64,000 nucleotides of DNA from Eledone cirrhosa (lineage: Eukaryota): the NCBI GenBank assembly GCA_964016885.1, contig OZ024741.1:87978001-88042000 (forward strand), written 5' to 3'. The translations under genes and the position numbers were made by a program. Positions 41,021-53,126 of this stretch are shown one piece after another. The first letter of the stretch is position 1; each line of letters opens with the position of its first letter. The notes beneath the pieces are model-generated. The model did no database searches and was not told where the DNA came from. It saw only the letters and a list, made by a program, of their open reading frames with translations.

Positions 41021-42429
41021 AACATGCAAAATTATATGTACACTTAGCAACGTGTTCATTATGGGTCATTTTCTAATACAATCGTCTCTTCAAAAATATT
41101 GTACTACTTTTTATGAAATTGATCTGTCAACGCTAGTGCTTTTTGTTAGTTAGTCACTCAACATGACATAAATTGGTATAAATAGTAAATTTAATTTTAG
41201 AATTAACTATTCACCTAATCTATATAAAATAAATGGGGAACTGCGAGACTGTCCAGTTTTATCCTGTTAACAAAATAAGTTGGATTACTTTGAATAAATC
41301 ATGAATGAATAATATATAATTTATCTACTAAATTTTGTAGCTCTTGATTAAACAAATAATTTTATGTATAATGTATTGCTTATTTCAAGATTCGCTTCTG
41401 TTAAAAGTTTCAAATTTCAACTTCTGGTATATTGTGTTGGTATAATAACATTTGGCCGTAAAGTCAGGTTCATTAGCATACCTGGGATGTTGTATGTATA
41501 ATAATGAAAATTATTGTGCATTATAACTGTTATTCTTCTTTGGTTTTATAAAATTAGTATCATCATCTTCGTTTAACGTCCACTTTCCACGCTAGCATGG
41601 GTATCAATAAACCTAATCACTATCACCCCAACTACAACCACCACTTCAACTACCATATATATAGAAAAGTGAGAAAGGAAGAGAGATTGTGTGTGAAGAA
41701 AGAGATACAGATAGATAGTGACTGTGACTGACAAACGTATCTATATGTGTATGTGCATGTACATATATTTATATGTGTGAGTATACAAATATAATTGCAC
41801 AAACACAGACACACAAAAATACTCACTCACAAACATACATTTACAAAGCAATTGTCATAACATGTAAAGAGAGGACTAGTTTAACTACCTCACCTCTTTG
41901 GAGTCTGCTGCCTGGGTGAAAGACGTAGTATGAGGTCGTCGGTAATGATCGAATGAATGCAAGCAGCTGAAATGAGGCTCCTCTGAAGGGTCTTTAGAGT
42001 AATGTTACTCGATAAATTGTGTAGCTCAGAGATCAGAGAGTCGCTCCAGATAGTCACTACTTCTCCAAATTGAGAGATCACAGCTCCTATACTATGTGTA
42101 TGGTGTTAGAATTTCTCAGGAAAAAATCACTGGACAGATTTTACAGGCAAAATCAACCGGCAAGATAGTTGGATAACATACATGAGCTTGGCTGTTCATG
42201 CTTGGGTATCCAGCCAGGTCAGTTAGAGATGTTTGCTTCTGACATAACCTGCTGGAAAGAGTGTTTGAGGATTCTGCCTCCATGATCCTCTCAGAAATAA
42301 GTGGGCGAAGAAGAATATATTGTCAATTTACTTTTTAATTTACATATATATTTATATATGCAATTTCACATAATATATATATATATATATATGATTCTGG
42401 TTTAGCATCCATAATTATTTTATTTACAG

Positions 42430-42536
42430 GCTTTATTCCATTGAAAAAAATTAAATTCAGTACAAGATTAGAGCATGAATATATACAGAATTTCAAACTT
42501 CTCCAGTCCAGTTTTACCAAACTTGGTGTTGAAAAG
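42430..42536 (+). CDS. MAPRE1: EB1/MAPRE coding exon 3 (107 nt)
   Basis: (G)[35 protein letters not shown]. tttacag acceptor, GTATGT donor, phase 1-0. Confidence 0.96.
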
Positions 42537-42554
42537 GTATGTATCAATTTTATT

Positions 42555-42556
<2 letters not shown>

Positions 42557-42608
<52 letters not shown>
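42557..42608. repeat. (TA)n microsatellite 20 nt downstream of EB1 coding exon 3
   Basis: Perfect TA run. Confidence 0.95.
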
Positions 42609-42610
<2 letters not shown>

Positions 42611-42645
42611 GTGTGAGTGTGTAACAATTAGGTTGTGTTTGTATT

Positions 42646-43945
42646 TCATCATCCATTTTTCCATGCTAGCATGGGTTAGGCAGGTTGTCCCATTTGAGGC
42701 AAATTGGGTTGGGTGACAGTGTCTTACTCACACAGAACTGTTTCTGGCTTGGTTTCTACAGCTGGATGTCCTTCATAACTCCAACCACATTTACAGTGTG
42801 GGCTGGAGGCTTCACTGGACATGTACTACAACCTCTCCTTCTGAGGGATGTATGGGAATGGAGAGATGGTGCCTACTATATATATATGTGTGTGTGTATG
42901 CTTCAGCCTGTGCCCATGGGAAGGTATGGCTTCTGCATTACTGCATAACGCCAGAGGTGTCATTATCTTTGAGAGGTGCAATTGAGCAAGGTCAACTTTT
43001 ATCACCTTATCCCAAATCTTCCTGGGTCTCCTCACTCCAACACTTCCATTGACTTTGAGTGCTCTGTACCTTTTTATACAACTGTCATCCTTCATACACA
43101 TCCCATGTCCATACCAACACAGTCTCCTCTCCTGCACACTGTCAAATTCCTCTCATGCCTAGTTTCTCTCTCAGTTCGTTTATGCTTTGCCGTTCACGTA
43201 AATTACTATTACACATCCAGCGGAGGATGCAAGCTTCATTTCTTTCCAATCTACGCAGGTCTTCTGCACACAGCGCCCAGATCTCACTACCCTGCAACAT
43301 TGCTGTTATATGCACGCATCATACAGTCTGCCTTTCATTTTGAGGGAAAAGCCTTTTGCAGCTAACAATGCTTGTAGCTCCCTGAACTTCTTCCATCCTA
43401 TTTTCACTCTGGTTACTGTACTTTCTGAACACCCAAGTAGCAGAAGCTGTCTACTGCTTCGACTTCCACTGAACCTGTTTCCTCTGATTGTTTCTGCTTA
43501 TTGCCCCGGTTCATTTGATACATTCTTAGCTAAACTTCTCGAGATCCCATTACATCACTTGTGTACCCATAGTTTGCATTTGTGGCAGAGGATGGAATTT
43601 CTACCTACACAATGAGCAAGGCCATTTCCCCGAGGGGATCAGGTTTCTGTTTTCTCTTGGTCTTTGTCAGGTTGACTTTAAGACTCCTTGTTTCAAAGCC
43701 CTGCTTCCATGTTTGGAATTTCTTCTCTAGTTCCATCATAGACTCCATATACAGGAGTTCCCATGGGCAGCCAGTTTTAGTTTCCTCTGTTATAGCCTGC
43801 AGGAGAGGGCTAAGAACAGAGCCCTGGTGGACACAACCTGTATGTTAAGTTCCTCACTATAGTCATTATTAATCCTAACTTTGCTTACTTGTACTCCTAT
43901 ATGTGGCTTGTACAGCCTTCACAAGCCACTCATCTACTCCTAGTT
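42646..43945 (-). mobile_element. Degenerate RTE LINE (older relative of the 29081 copy)
   Basis: Colinear with 29081-30473 including the 3' UTR, with many deletions; begins ~110 nt after EB1 coding exon 3. Confidence 0.88.
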
Positions 43946-44189
43946 TTATATCTATATTGTGTGTTGTGTTTAACCCTAGTTCGGTCTATGTATTTTCTCG
44001 GGTGGTTTCATATGAACCTTTAAGCATTATCAAATGTACAATCTTAGATAATGTCTGTTGGGCCCAATATGCAAGTACAAAATACTTGAATCTTCTAATC
44101 CATCCATGAATGTTGGAATGTCAAATTTGTCTGGTTTCTCTAACTTATTCATTTTGATTTAGTGTTTAATAAATTGTAATTTGATTAAA

Positions 44190-44398
44190 CCCTTTAGCAT
44201 TCAAACCAGCTATATCCGGCCAGAATTCTCTTCCCTCTTTCTTTTTAAACCAGCTGTAACCAGCCCCTTCATACTGATGTTAAGGTATTGTTCTCAAAAT
44301 AAATAACATCAAAATCTCATAGATTCAATATTATGTGAGATAAAGCGTTTACTACAAAAATACCATAGTAAATATAGAGTAATGTAAATGCTAAAGGG
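44190..44398. mobile_element. piggyBac-like MITE family A (~210 bp; other copies ~2751-2945, ~15725-15930, split at ~48175/49620 and ~52920/54170)
   Basis: TIR CCCTTTAGCATT / AATGCTAAAGGG with TTAA-like flanks; multiple copies in the window. Confidence 0.72.
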
Positions 44399-45281
44399 TT
44401 GAACTGCTGTGTTAACATTTGCACAAATTTAGTAAAAGATGCATAAGTCATGAAAGATAAGAAAACAATTGATGTGAATAATCTTGAGACCTTGGTGCAT
44501 TCCAAGCTCTTGCTGTTTCAACTTGCTCAATAAGAGCTTTGTGCAGATCAGACAGTTATCTTTTGTCTCTTCATCACATATTACTTATATCAAAGGTCCT
44601 CATGCACAATTCTTCTGATAGTGTCTTGAAACCTTGAGCTCCTTAGTAATAGAGTTAATTGACTTGCTGGTGTTCTTATCAGTAATTTTCTGCACTTTTC
44701 ATAGAACTGTTGGTGTCACTTGTATTAGGACCCTTAGCCAGTGTTTTACATTTGATTGTCGCTGTAGAATCTGTCAGTGGTTTGCAGCTCTGTGTTCTGC
44801 CTTTAAGGCAACGGTTACAGCGTGCCTTTTCATTTGCTGTTTTAGCTTGATGTCTGGCATGTATCTGAAAAGAAATGATAATCGAACAAGTTAGAAAAAA
44901 AACTATTATAAGTCATATCCTCATAGAACTGAGCGACCCTGTAAATCTCATAACTCCATGTTTTCTCTGCTACTTTCTTATAAGTTATGAGACCCATCCA
45001 ATCTATATCAACATAGATAAGCGATAAAACGTTTCTGTTTGTGATATTTAACTTTTGATATATTTGGGACTATGATTTGGTCTAATTACTAGGTGGGGGG
45101 GGGGGCTCCCATTTCTATCTACTACCATCCCCATCAGCAACTTTTCAGTTATTTTGCGGGAAAGTTGAAATTTCTTCAACTGTAAGTAAATGTGTGCAGT
45201 CAGGCGATTATCCTGCAGGGGGGTGGGGGGTATGGAAACTTCATATAAAGAATACAATTTTGGGTATTTTTCTTCAAAAAG

Positions 45282-45510
45282 GTTGTTCCTGTGGAAAGGC
45301 TTGTAAAAGGAAGATTCCAAGATAATTTTGAATTCGTCCAATGGTTTAAAAAGTTTTTTGATGCTAATTATGATGGACATGAATATGATGCTAGCGCTGC
45401 CCGCAAGTCAGCTGGAATTTCTGCTACCTCTGCTAGACCATTACCGACATCTACCAAAACTCAAGCTCCAAAGTCTGCTTCGCTTATGACAAAAACAACT
45501 ACAAGGCAAG
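45282..45510 (+). CDS. MAPRE1: EB1/MAPRE coding exon 4 (end of CH domain plus S/T-rich linker)
   Basis: [32 protein letters not shown]...TTTRQ. AAG acceptor, GTAAGT donor, 229 nt, phase 0-1. Confidence 0.95.
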
Positions 45511-46566
45511 GTAAGTGTGAACTATGCCAAATATGTTATAAGCATTAACTTAAAACAGAGAAGAGCTGTAGACTACTGACAGGACTCGAACCATATATGT
45601 ATTGCTTACTAGGCAACTGTTATACACCTGAAATTAGATAATGTATAGTTTCTAAACTACATACTCATCTCACTCATCACTGCCCTCCCAGTCAGGCCAA
45701 GCACTTTAGTGTTGAAATGTAGTGTGGTGCCACAAAAAACATCCAACTTATGTTTCTCTCATGTCAAATGAAAGTGATTGGCATTAGGAAGAACATCCAG
45801 CCATAGAAACCATGCCAGAACAGAATTTGTGAGACATGTGACCTGTCTAACCTCAGACAATTCGCCAATCTCTTAGTGCTAGCATAGTATAAATATTCAC
45901 AATTGAAGGGGAAACAATGTCTGTTGGTTTCTTACATTCTAGTGTTTATATTGTCCACTTTCTTGTTAACCTTTTTGGAAATTGGACCTATTATCAGACA
46001 TGCAAAAGCACTGCTCATAATTTTATTTAAACATTTGCATAGTTTGTAAGCATTGCTCAAGTTCACACATATGCGCAACTGCAATGCAGTGAAGTTCTTT
46101 TTTCATCATCATTATGATGCAGCTACTTTACATGCTGACATGTGACCTCATCTTGCTCATATATGCCCTTTCTACAACCTAACAGAGTGTACTTGGTATG
46201 TTCTTTTTGTGGCACCACTACTACCAGTTTGCTGGGTGTACTAGATGTATTTTTTATTTTAGGTAACTATCTGGTCAAATATATTAAATTAGAATATTTG
46301 ATAAAATTGGGTTGTGAAGTAGTTAAACATACTAATCTTTTTGATACCTAAGTTCCTAAAACTGCCCTTTGAAGTGTTTATGTCTAAGCCCTACAAAAAA
46401 ACCTGTTATGTTCAAAACAATAGATTAATTTTTTAAAAAGTTGTATTCCTAAATCTCTCCAAATTCTTGATTATTTTCAAAATTAAAAATCATAAGCAGT
46501 CTCTTTTGTTAGAAATATGGTAATGAAAGGATTAAAGTATTTTTTTTTTTTTTTTTTTTTTTTCAG

Positions 46567-46661
46567 CTGTTCCAATTTCAGCCAAAGCTCCTGTTCGTCA
46601 AACACCACGTCCAGCAGCTGCTAATCAAATAGATAGTAAAAGTGAAGACCTAAGGAAGCAG
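46567..46661 (+). CDS. MAPRE1: EB1/MAPRE coding exon 5 (linker to coiled coil)
   Basis: Not in the ORF track. Poly-T plus CAG acceptor; (A)VPISAKAPVRQTPRPAAANQIDSKSEDLRKQ; CAG|GTTTGT donor; 95 nt. Phase 1-0 exactly bridges the neighbouring exons. Confidence 0.88.
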
Positions 46662-46740
46662 GTTTGTTTTAAAAAATTAATGATTACCTGTAATGAAATG
46701 ACTGGGTGATAAGATACCATGACATTCTTTTGTGTTCACA

Positions 46741-47772
46741 TGAGGGTAGGCTGACTATGAAGGAGTGATGCTAGAGCTGTGAAACCTTGCATGCATTAAT
46801 TGCAACTCTTCTTATTAGCTGCATTGTTTCTTTCCATGTAAACTGACATCTAACTGTTCAAAGAAGACTTCAAAAGTAACTAGTAGCAACTTCTCTTGAA
46901 AACGGACAAAATTGGGTGGTGTGGTGTTAAGTACCTGCAGAAAAAGGGTTTAGCCCCCAAGGACATTCACGCTGACATGGTTGCTACATTAGGAGATGGC
47001 GCTCTAGTTTTATCAACAGTGCAAAAGTGGGCAGCTGAATTTAGGAAAGCAAGGGAGCGTCTTGAAGATGACTCACGGTTTGGACGTCCTGTAACTGCCA
47101 CCACTGAGTAAATCATTGGTCGTGTTCACCACTTGGTGATGGATGAAACCAAGCCAATCCAATGCTATTAGCATATTGTGTGAGAGATAGTTAAGAATAT
47201 TCTGCACAATGAACTTGGCACGATAAAGGTTTCTGCTCGGTGGGTAACAGATCTTGACACCAGATCCAGCTGGTTTCCTTGAATGTTTCATAACCCATGA
47301 GTGTTGGATTCATCAATTTGAGCCAGAGACAAAGAGACAATCCATGCAGTGGAAACACCCCTCCTCACCTGCTCCAAAGAAGGCCATGGTCGTTTCATCT
47401 GCTAGAAAGGTGATGGCCTCAGTTTTTGGGGTGCAAAAAGCATTGTGTTTATTGACTATCTTCAAAAGGCTATCAAGACCGTACGCCCTGGGAAGCTGAC
47501 AAACAAGGTCTTGTTTAGTCTCTCAATGCTCCAGTACACAAGTCCTTGGTTTCAATGACTGCTGTGTGTGGCTGTGGCTTTGAACTGGTTCATCACCTCC
47601 CTATTCTTCTGATTTGGCCCCATCCGGCTATCATCTGTTCGCCAACAGGATGAAATCTTCACCAATGGAAGAAGTATGTGAACTGCAAGGGAGACTGTTG
47701 AAAAATAAACCTCATTTGGTCACATTCCATGAGAGTATCTTTGTCAGCCTGTGAATTTTTTAGCTGACTCTC
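46741..47772 (+). mobile_element. Decayed mariner (Tc1/mariner) transposon
   Basis: LEDDSRFGRP, ECWIHQFEPETKRQSMQW and PYSSDLAP (YSPDLAP motif) remnants; imperfect terminal inverted repeats (tgagggtaggctg / tagctgactctca). Confidence 0.85.
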
Positions 47773-47899
47773 ATTCATTGTTTGTGTGTCATAATTTTAC
47801 TTCTGGTTTCCATGTTGGCATGAGTCTGGTTGGTTTATAGTCTGTCAGTTTTTATTCAGTTATTGTCCTCTCTGATGCTGACTGGAAAATTAGTGGGGA

Positions 47900-48172
47900 G
47901 AAGAGAAACTACTACTCAGATCAGATTAGATGAGATGCGGTTTGTATCAAGTTGAAACACTGCCGATACCCTTTCTTCTTAATGAGACAAGTACAAGAAA
48001 AGTTCCTCACAAAATAGCCATTGTATCTCGCTTTTATTGATCTGGAGAAGGCATTTGACAGAGTAACATGATTTATCTGGTGTTCCTTAAGAAAGCTAGG
48101 TATGGATGAGTCGCTTACGAGAGCAGTGTAAGTCATGTTCAAAGATGTTGTCAGCAAAGTGAAAGCAAGCAA
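47900..48172 (+). mobile_element. RTE RT fragment
   Basis: LYLAFIDLEKAFDRV...SLRKLG remnants. Confidence 0.7.
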
Positions 48173-48431
48173 TAAGTTTAAACCGGCAGAATTCTCTCCC
48201 CTCTTTCTGTTCAAACCAGCCATAACCAATAAATATAATGCAAATTCTAAAGAGTTAATAATGAATTCAATGTACAAGCGTGTATTCATTAAGGCTCATT
48301 TCTCAACTCACTCTTATTGTAGTTCTTTGAGGACATAACATGAGTTTAATATTGAGAACTTCTGTATTCTAATGTCATAGTTCTTTTATGTGAGGTAAAG
48401 CCTTTACCACGAATATAGAATAGTATTTATA

Positions 48432-49616
48432 ATAATAATTAATAATAATGAAATTATTATGCAAAGAATAATATACAAATGTCAGGGAAGTGAATAGTGT
48501 ATGAGTCATGATATACATGTGTATGTGTATGGAGAGGGAACATTAGGTGTAGTGTTGGCGAATCTCGGGAAGCATGGAGGTTTTAAAGGATGCAGTGTCT
48601 CGACAACTAACAACTGATGCAGGTAGTTAGTTCCCTGCTTCAGCAACTCTGAGCGTAAAAAAATGTTTCCGAAAGTCATGGGAACTGTGCTGTTTTCTGA
48701 CTTTGTGGGCATGCCCACGTGTGTTAGACACATGGAAATCAAAAAGGTACTCAGGGTTGTTGTTGGCAAGATGGTTAACAATTTTGTGGGTGTTTACCAA
48801 GTCAGTTGCCAGGCGTCGGAGTTTCAATGTATCCATGCCCAGGGAAGCAAGGCGTTCAGAGTATGGTAGATGCCTGATGGAGGGTATTCGCTTGGTTGCA
48901 CGTCTCTGAACAGTTTCCAAGCGGTCAATGTTCTGAGCAAGATAGGGGTTCCAGACTGGTGATGCAAATTCTAAGTGTGGCCGCACCATAGCCATGTACA
49001 ACCTTAAATAGATAGCTGGAGAGCAGCTGACAAAAGTCTTGTTGAGTGATGCTAAGACACCCTCGGTCCTCTTGACAATTTTAGAGACGTGCTTTGTCCA
49101 ACACAAATCGCTGCTGACCGTAATGCCCAGGTCACGTTCACAAGAGGACTTCTTGATATTAGTGCTGTGGGGGGAGTATGTGGACGCTGGGTTTTTACTC
49201 CCAAAATGCATGGTGGTGCACTTGTCCACAGCTAGCTTGAGTTACCAGTCTGAGATCCATTGTTGCATTGTGTCCAGGTCAGACTGCAAGCAAGATCTAT
49301 AGTGTTCAGGGTCTGTCCTTTTTATCTCAAGGTACAGCTTGATGTCATTTGTGTACTTTAGTACCGTGGCATTCTTTAAGTATGTCATTAATATATATGC
49401 CAAGAACAGATCCCTGTGGTACACCAGATGACATCTCATATGGTGAGGAATGCTGTCCCAGAACCGTGACTACCTCTCTTCGACTGAGAATGAAGGACTT
49501 CAACCAGTTAAAAGATCAACCCTCACACCCATTGCAGAGAGTTTTGCTATAAGCCTTTTGTGTGGCACAGAATTGAAAGCTTTCGCAAAGTCAAGGTAAA
49601 CAACATCCACCCATGA
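48432..49616 (-). mobile_element. 5'-truncated CR1-clade LINE
   Basis: VYLDFAKAF, ERDLG, VRPHLEFASPVWNPY, VQRRATK, TRGH and RKHFFTLRV motifs; (ATT)n-like tail. Interrupts a MITE. Confidence 0.9.
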
Positions 49617-49794
49617 TAAAGTAATGTAAATGCAGTGCCAGCACTACAGAGATTATCTAAACATATATGAAAAAATCCTTGATATCAAACTTAAGCAATG
49701 TGTGTTAGATAGACTTGTCTAGTCTAAGTGCATGGAAGATGGACGTTAAATGATGATGATGATATGTATATCCATCCTGAATCCTTTCTAATAG

Positions 49795-49941
49795 GTTGCA
49801 GAAATGAAAATTACTGTCGATGGTTTAGAAAAGGAGAGAGATTTTTACTTCGGAAAATTAAGAGCTATTGAAATTCTTTGTCAAGACCATGAAGAAGAAA
49901 CTGTTGTCAAGGAGATCATGGAAATATTGTATGCTACAGAG
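49795..49941 (+). CDS. MAPRE1: EB1/MAPRE coding exon 6 (EBH domain)
   Basis: VAEMKITVDGLEKERDFYFGKLRAIEILCQ...IMEILYATE. TAG acceptor, GAG|GTAAAT donor, 147 nt, phase 0-0. Confidence 0.96.
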
Positions 49942-50234
49942 GTAAATGATAAGTTTCTTTTTCCAACAAATAAAAAAAAATGTTTGATCTTCGCAAAATT
50001 TTGGCCATGTTATGGTCTCGTTTGTGTAAAGGACTGTTACCATTGTTAAAAAGTAACCAAGTTACAAACTGTGTGAATGCATGTAGTTGATATATCTCCA
50101 AAGTATTAAAATAACTGTTTATTTCTTCCTAGTGTGATGGTGCAAATATTTTTTTTAATAGTTTGTAATATTAATTATGAAAAGTTACCCAGATAAATCC
50201 TGTTATTGTTCCTAGTTAAAACAAATGTCACCTT

Positions 50235-50239
<5 letters not shown>

Positions 50240-50288
<49 letters not shown>
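50240..50288. repeat. (TA)n microsatellite
   Basis: Perfect TA run. Confidence 0.95.
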
Positions 50289-50296
<8 letters not shown>

Positions 50297-50450
50297 TTTA
50301 AATTATTAAATTGGTTTTAATTTTTATAAGGCTTCACTTTCAGCAATTTTTTTCCTTTTAAATACATTTCAGTAATATAAGCAAGATATTCAACCATTGT
50401 ATTTGTAACCATTTCTATTTTATTGCTCATATTTCAAGATTTTCTTGAAG

Positions 50451-50488
<38 letters not shown>

Positions 50489-51377
50489 CTCTTCTCTCTT
50501 TATCTCTCTCTCTCATATATTTCAGTTGTTCAGTAATAATAATAATACTCTTCAGTCGCTTAATAATCATATTTCTGTTTCAGGAGTTTTAAAATGACAA
50601 ACTACTCCAATTACAATTATTTTTCACCTGAACAATAAACCCTCAATAAATATAAACATGTTAAAATATGCTAATCAATATCGCTCTCCCAATTTATTTA
50701 CTCTTTTTAAGTTTTAATGGCTTTAGGCACTATTAATTAACATCAAAAAGGTTCATCTGTTTTCTGTTAAAACTTTTACCTAATTATTTGATTTAGTCTA
50801 ATTTTGTTACTGTTGCCTTTTTGTATGCCCTGAAAAGGTTGCAATTGTTAGGAAGGTGTCCTTGATAATATCTTTAAAGGTTTTGATTGATTTTTTTTTT
50901 TTTCCTGTTGTATCACTATCACTTTGATCTTAGTTATTCATCAATATCATCATTCTGCCACTCTTCCTTTCTCATCTCCCATTGGTCAATAAAGAAATCA
51001 TTATTATTATCATCATCACACTAACAATAACATTGTTATATCTGTAGCCTCTCAGTCCCTGCTTCTTATTATTTGCCTTAGTTAGTTTTATTGTTTGAAA
51101 TGCTATCCATAGTTCAATTTATTTTCGCTTCGTAATTTTTTTTTGCCTTATGCTTTAACTTGCACTTAAGGCTTACCTTTTAGTATTCTTTAAATTCTTG
51201 CATACCAGCTATTTTAACACATTATTATATTTCTGTTTCTTCTACTGCAATGCTAATAAAGCTTGTAATTATATTAAAACGAAAATATATTGCTGGTTAG
51301 TTATACTATTTTACGTGGTGGTTATGGGACTAGACCATGTAAAATTCTAATTTAATTAAATATATCTAGCTAGTAAT

Positions 51378-51582
51378 TAACTCTTAATGTTCTGTAAGGA
51401 TTTAGCAGAAAATATCTAAAAATGTGTTTAATTCAAATGTTTATAGTGTTTTTACTACTAGATAAATTGTGAAAAAAATTGTAATATTAGAATAAAGACT
51501 TCAATTTTTAATATGATGGTTTGTACTTTTCAAGAATTGTCTTGTTAATATGATTTCATGTGGTACAGGATGTTAGGAGTTA
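51378..51582. mobile_element. TTAA-flanked MITE family C (partial copies ~1905-2060 and ~58916-59055)
   Basis: ttaactcttaatgttctgta...tacaggatgttaggagttag inverted ends; shared core gatttagcagaaaatatctaaaa. Confidence 0.6.
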
Positions 51583-53093
51583 GATTTACTTATTTCTGAT
51601 CTGTGTATGATCAAGGAGTATCTTTTTACAAACAAGTAAGCAAACTCACTTCTTCGCTCACTTATTCCTGAGAGGGTCGTGGGAGCAGAGTCCTCAAACA
51701 TTCCCTCCAGTGGGTCCTGTCAGAAACAACTGATCCTGCTGAATCCCAAAGCGTGACCAGCCCATGGATGTTATCCAACCATCTTTCTCTGGGTCTTCTG
51801 TTGGTTGGTTTTGTCCATAAAATCTTGATGAGCTTCAATACATTTAACCTGCTGCTTGTATCTCTCTAAGCACAGTGCTTGCCTTTTTACTGGTAGGGGT
51901 GGTATATATTCTGCCTGCATATGGTTAGATGTTGTATCAATTGAATAAATACTGCATATTTTAATGATGTAGTAGACATATTTTTGTTTTCTTATATGTA
52001 ATATTTATTAAATAATTTTGGCAAATATAGTTTGATTCAAATACCTAGGTTTTGTGTTTTTTTAAATTCTTAACTTCTGTATTTAAATTTTATATCTAAT
52101 CTAATTTTTTTTCCAGTTATCTAAATATTTAGACCTTTATTTTTGTTTGCATGAACTAAAAAGAACTCTTTCTCTCTCTCTTTCTCTAAATCAACTTTTA
52201 TTTATTTATTTTTTTACTTTTTTGTTTATTTTTATTTATTTACTTTGTCTTCAGAAAGGTTGAATTGATTTCCTCTCCTCATCCTACACCTAATGCTGTT
52301 TTATTAAGTTACCTGTCGACCAAGTTCTCTAACAATGGCTAAAGCATCTGATATATCCAGATTTCTTGTTTGTGTTTTTCTCCATCATTACCTGTTCTTA
52401 CTTTTTTGTTTTTCTTTCTTTTTCTTTTTTTTATGTTTTTTATCCCTGGCAGATGTCAGAGTAGATGGAGCCCGGTGAGGACAAAAATGAAATTTGATAA
52501 GTATGTTACATTTTCTCAAGAGTGCATTCTCAGTGTGATTTTTAGACTAGAGTAGTGAAAAATGGGATAACTGCAGTTTTCAATACATTAGGAATAGTTA
52601 AATAATGCCAGGGTCTTGTCTCAATGACACTTGAGAAAATAAATCTATTTAGTTCCTATCAATCAACTAATATTTAATTGTAGTAAAGATTATCTAAAAT
52701 TGGCGTTGCAATTGCCAAACATGATTTCTGTTCTGAAGTTACTGAAAGCCTATCTTGAGTGATTTCCTGATCGTTCCTAGTTTAGCCATTTGATAATGGT
52801 GGTGGTGGAACATTTATTCTGTTTCATCATATCATTCCCACTGGATTCTGGCTCTCTATATTCAAGGTTCAAATCTTGCCAGGATTGATAAAATAAAGTA
52901 CCAGTTGAGCACTGGGGTTCCTTTAGCATTTACATTACTCTGACAAATGTCATGTTTATCTATTAACATTATTTTGAGTTAATCATACTCAAGAGGGTCA
53001 TCAATTATATTTGTAATTTTATTAGTTTTCTATGTACAGACTTGAAATTTTGTCAGATGTCAATAATTTACAATTATCTATTTTTACCTGATA

Positions 53094-53126
<33 letters not shown>

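Noticed and set aside
52166-52264. Long pyrimidine tract with cag|AAAG|gttgaa as a 4-nt microexon
   Set aside because: The donor is poor and the tract is low-complexity T-rich sequence; insufficient support.
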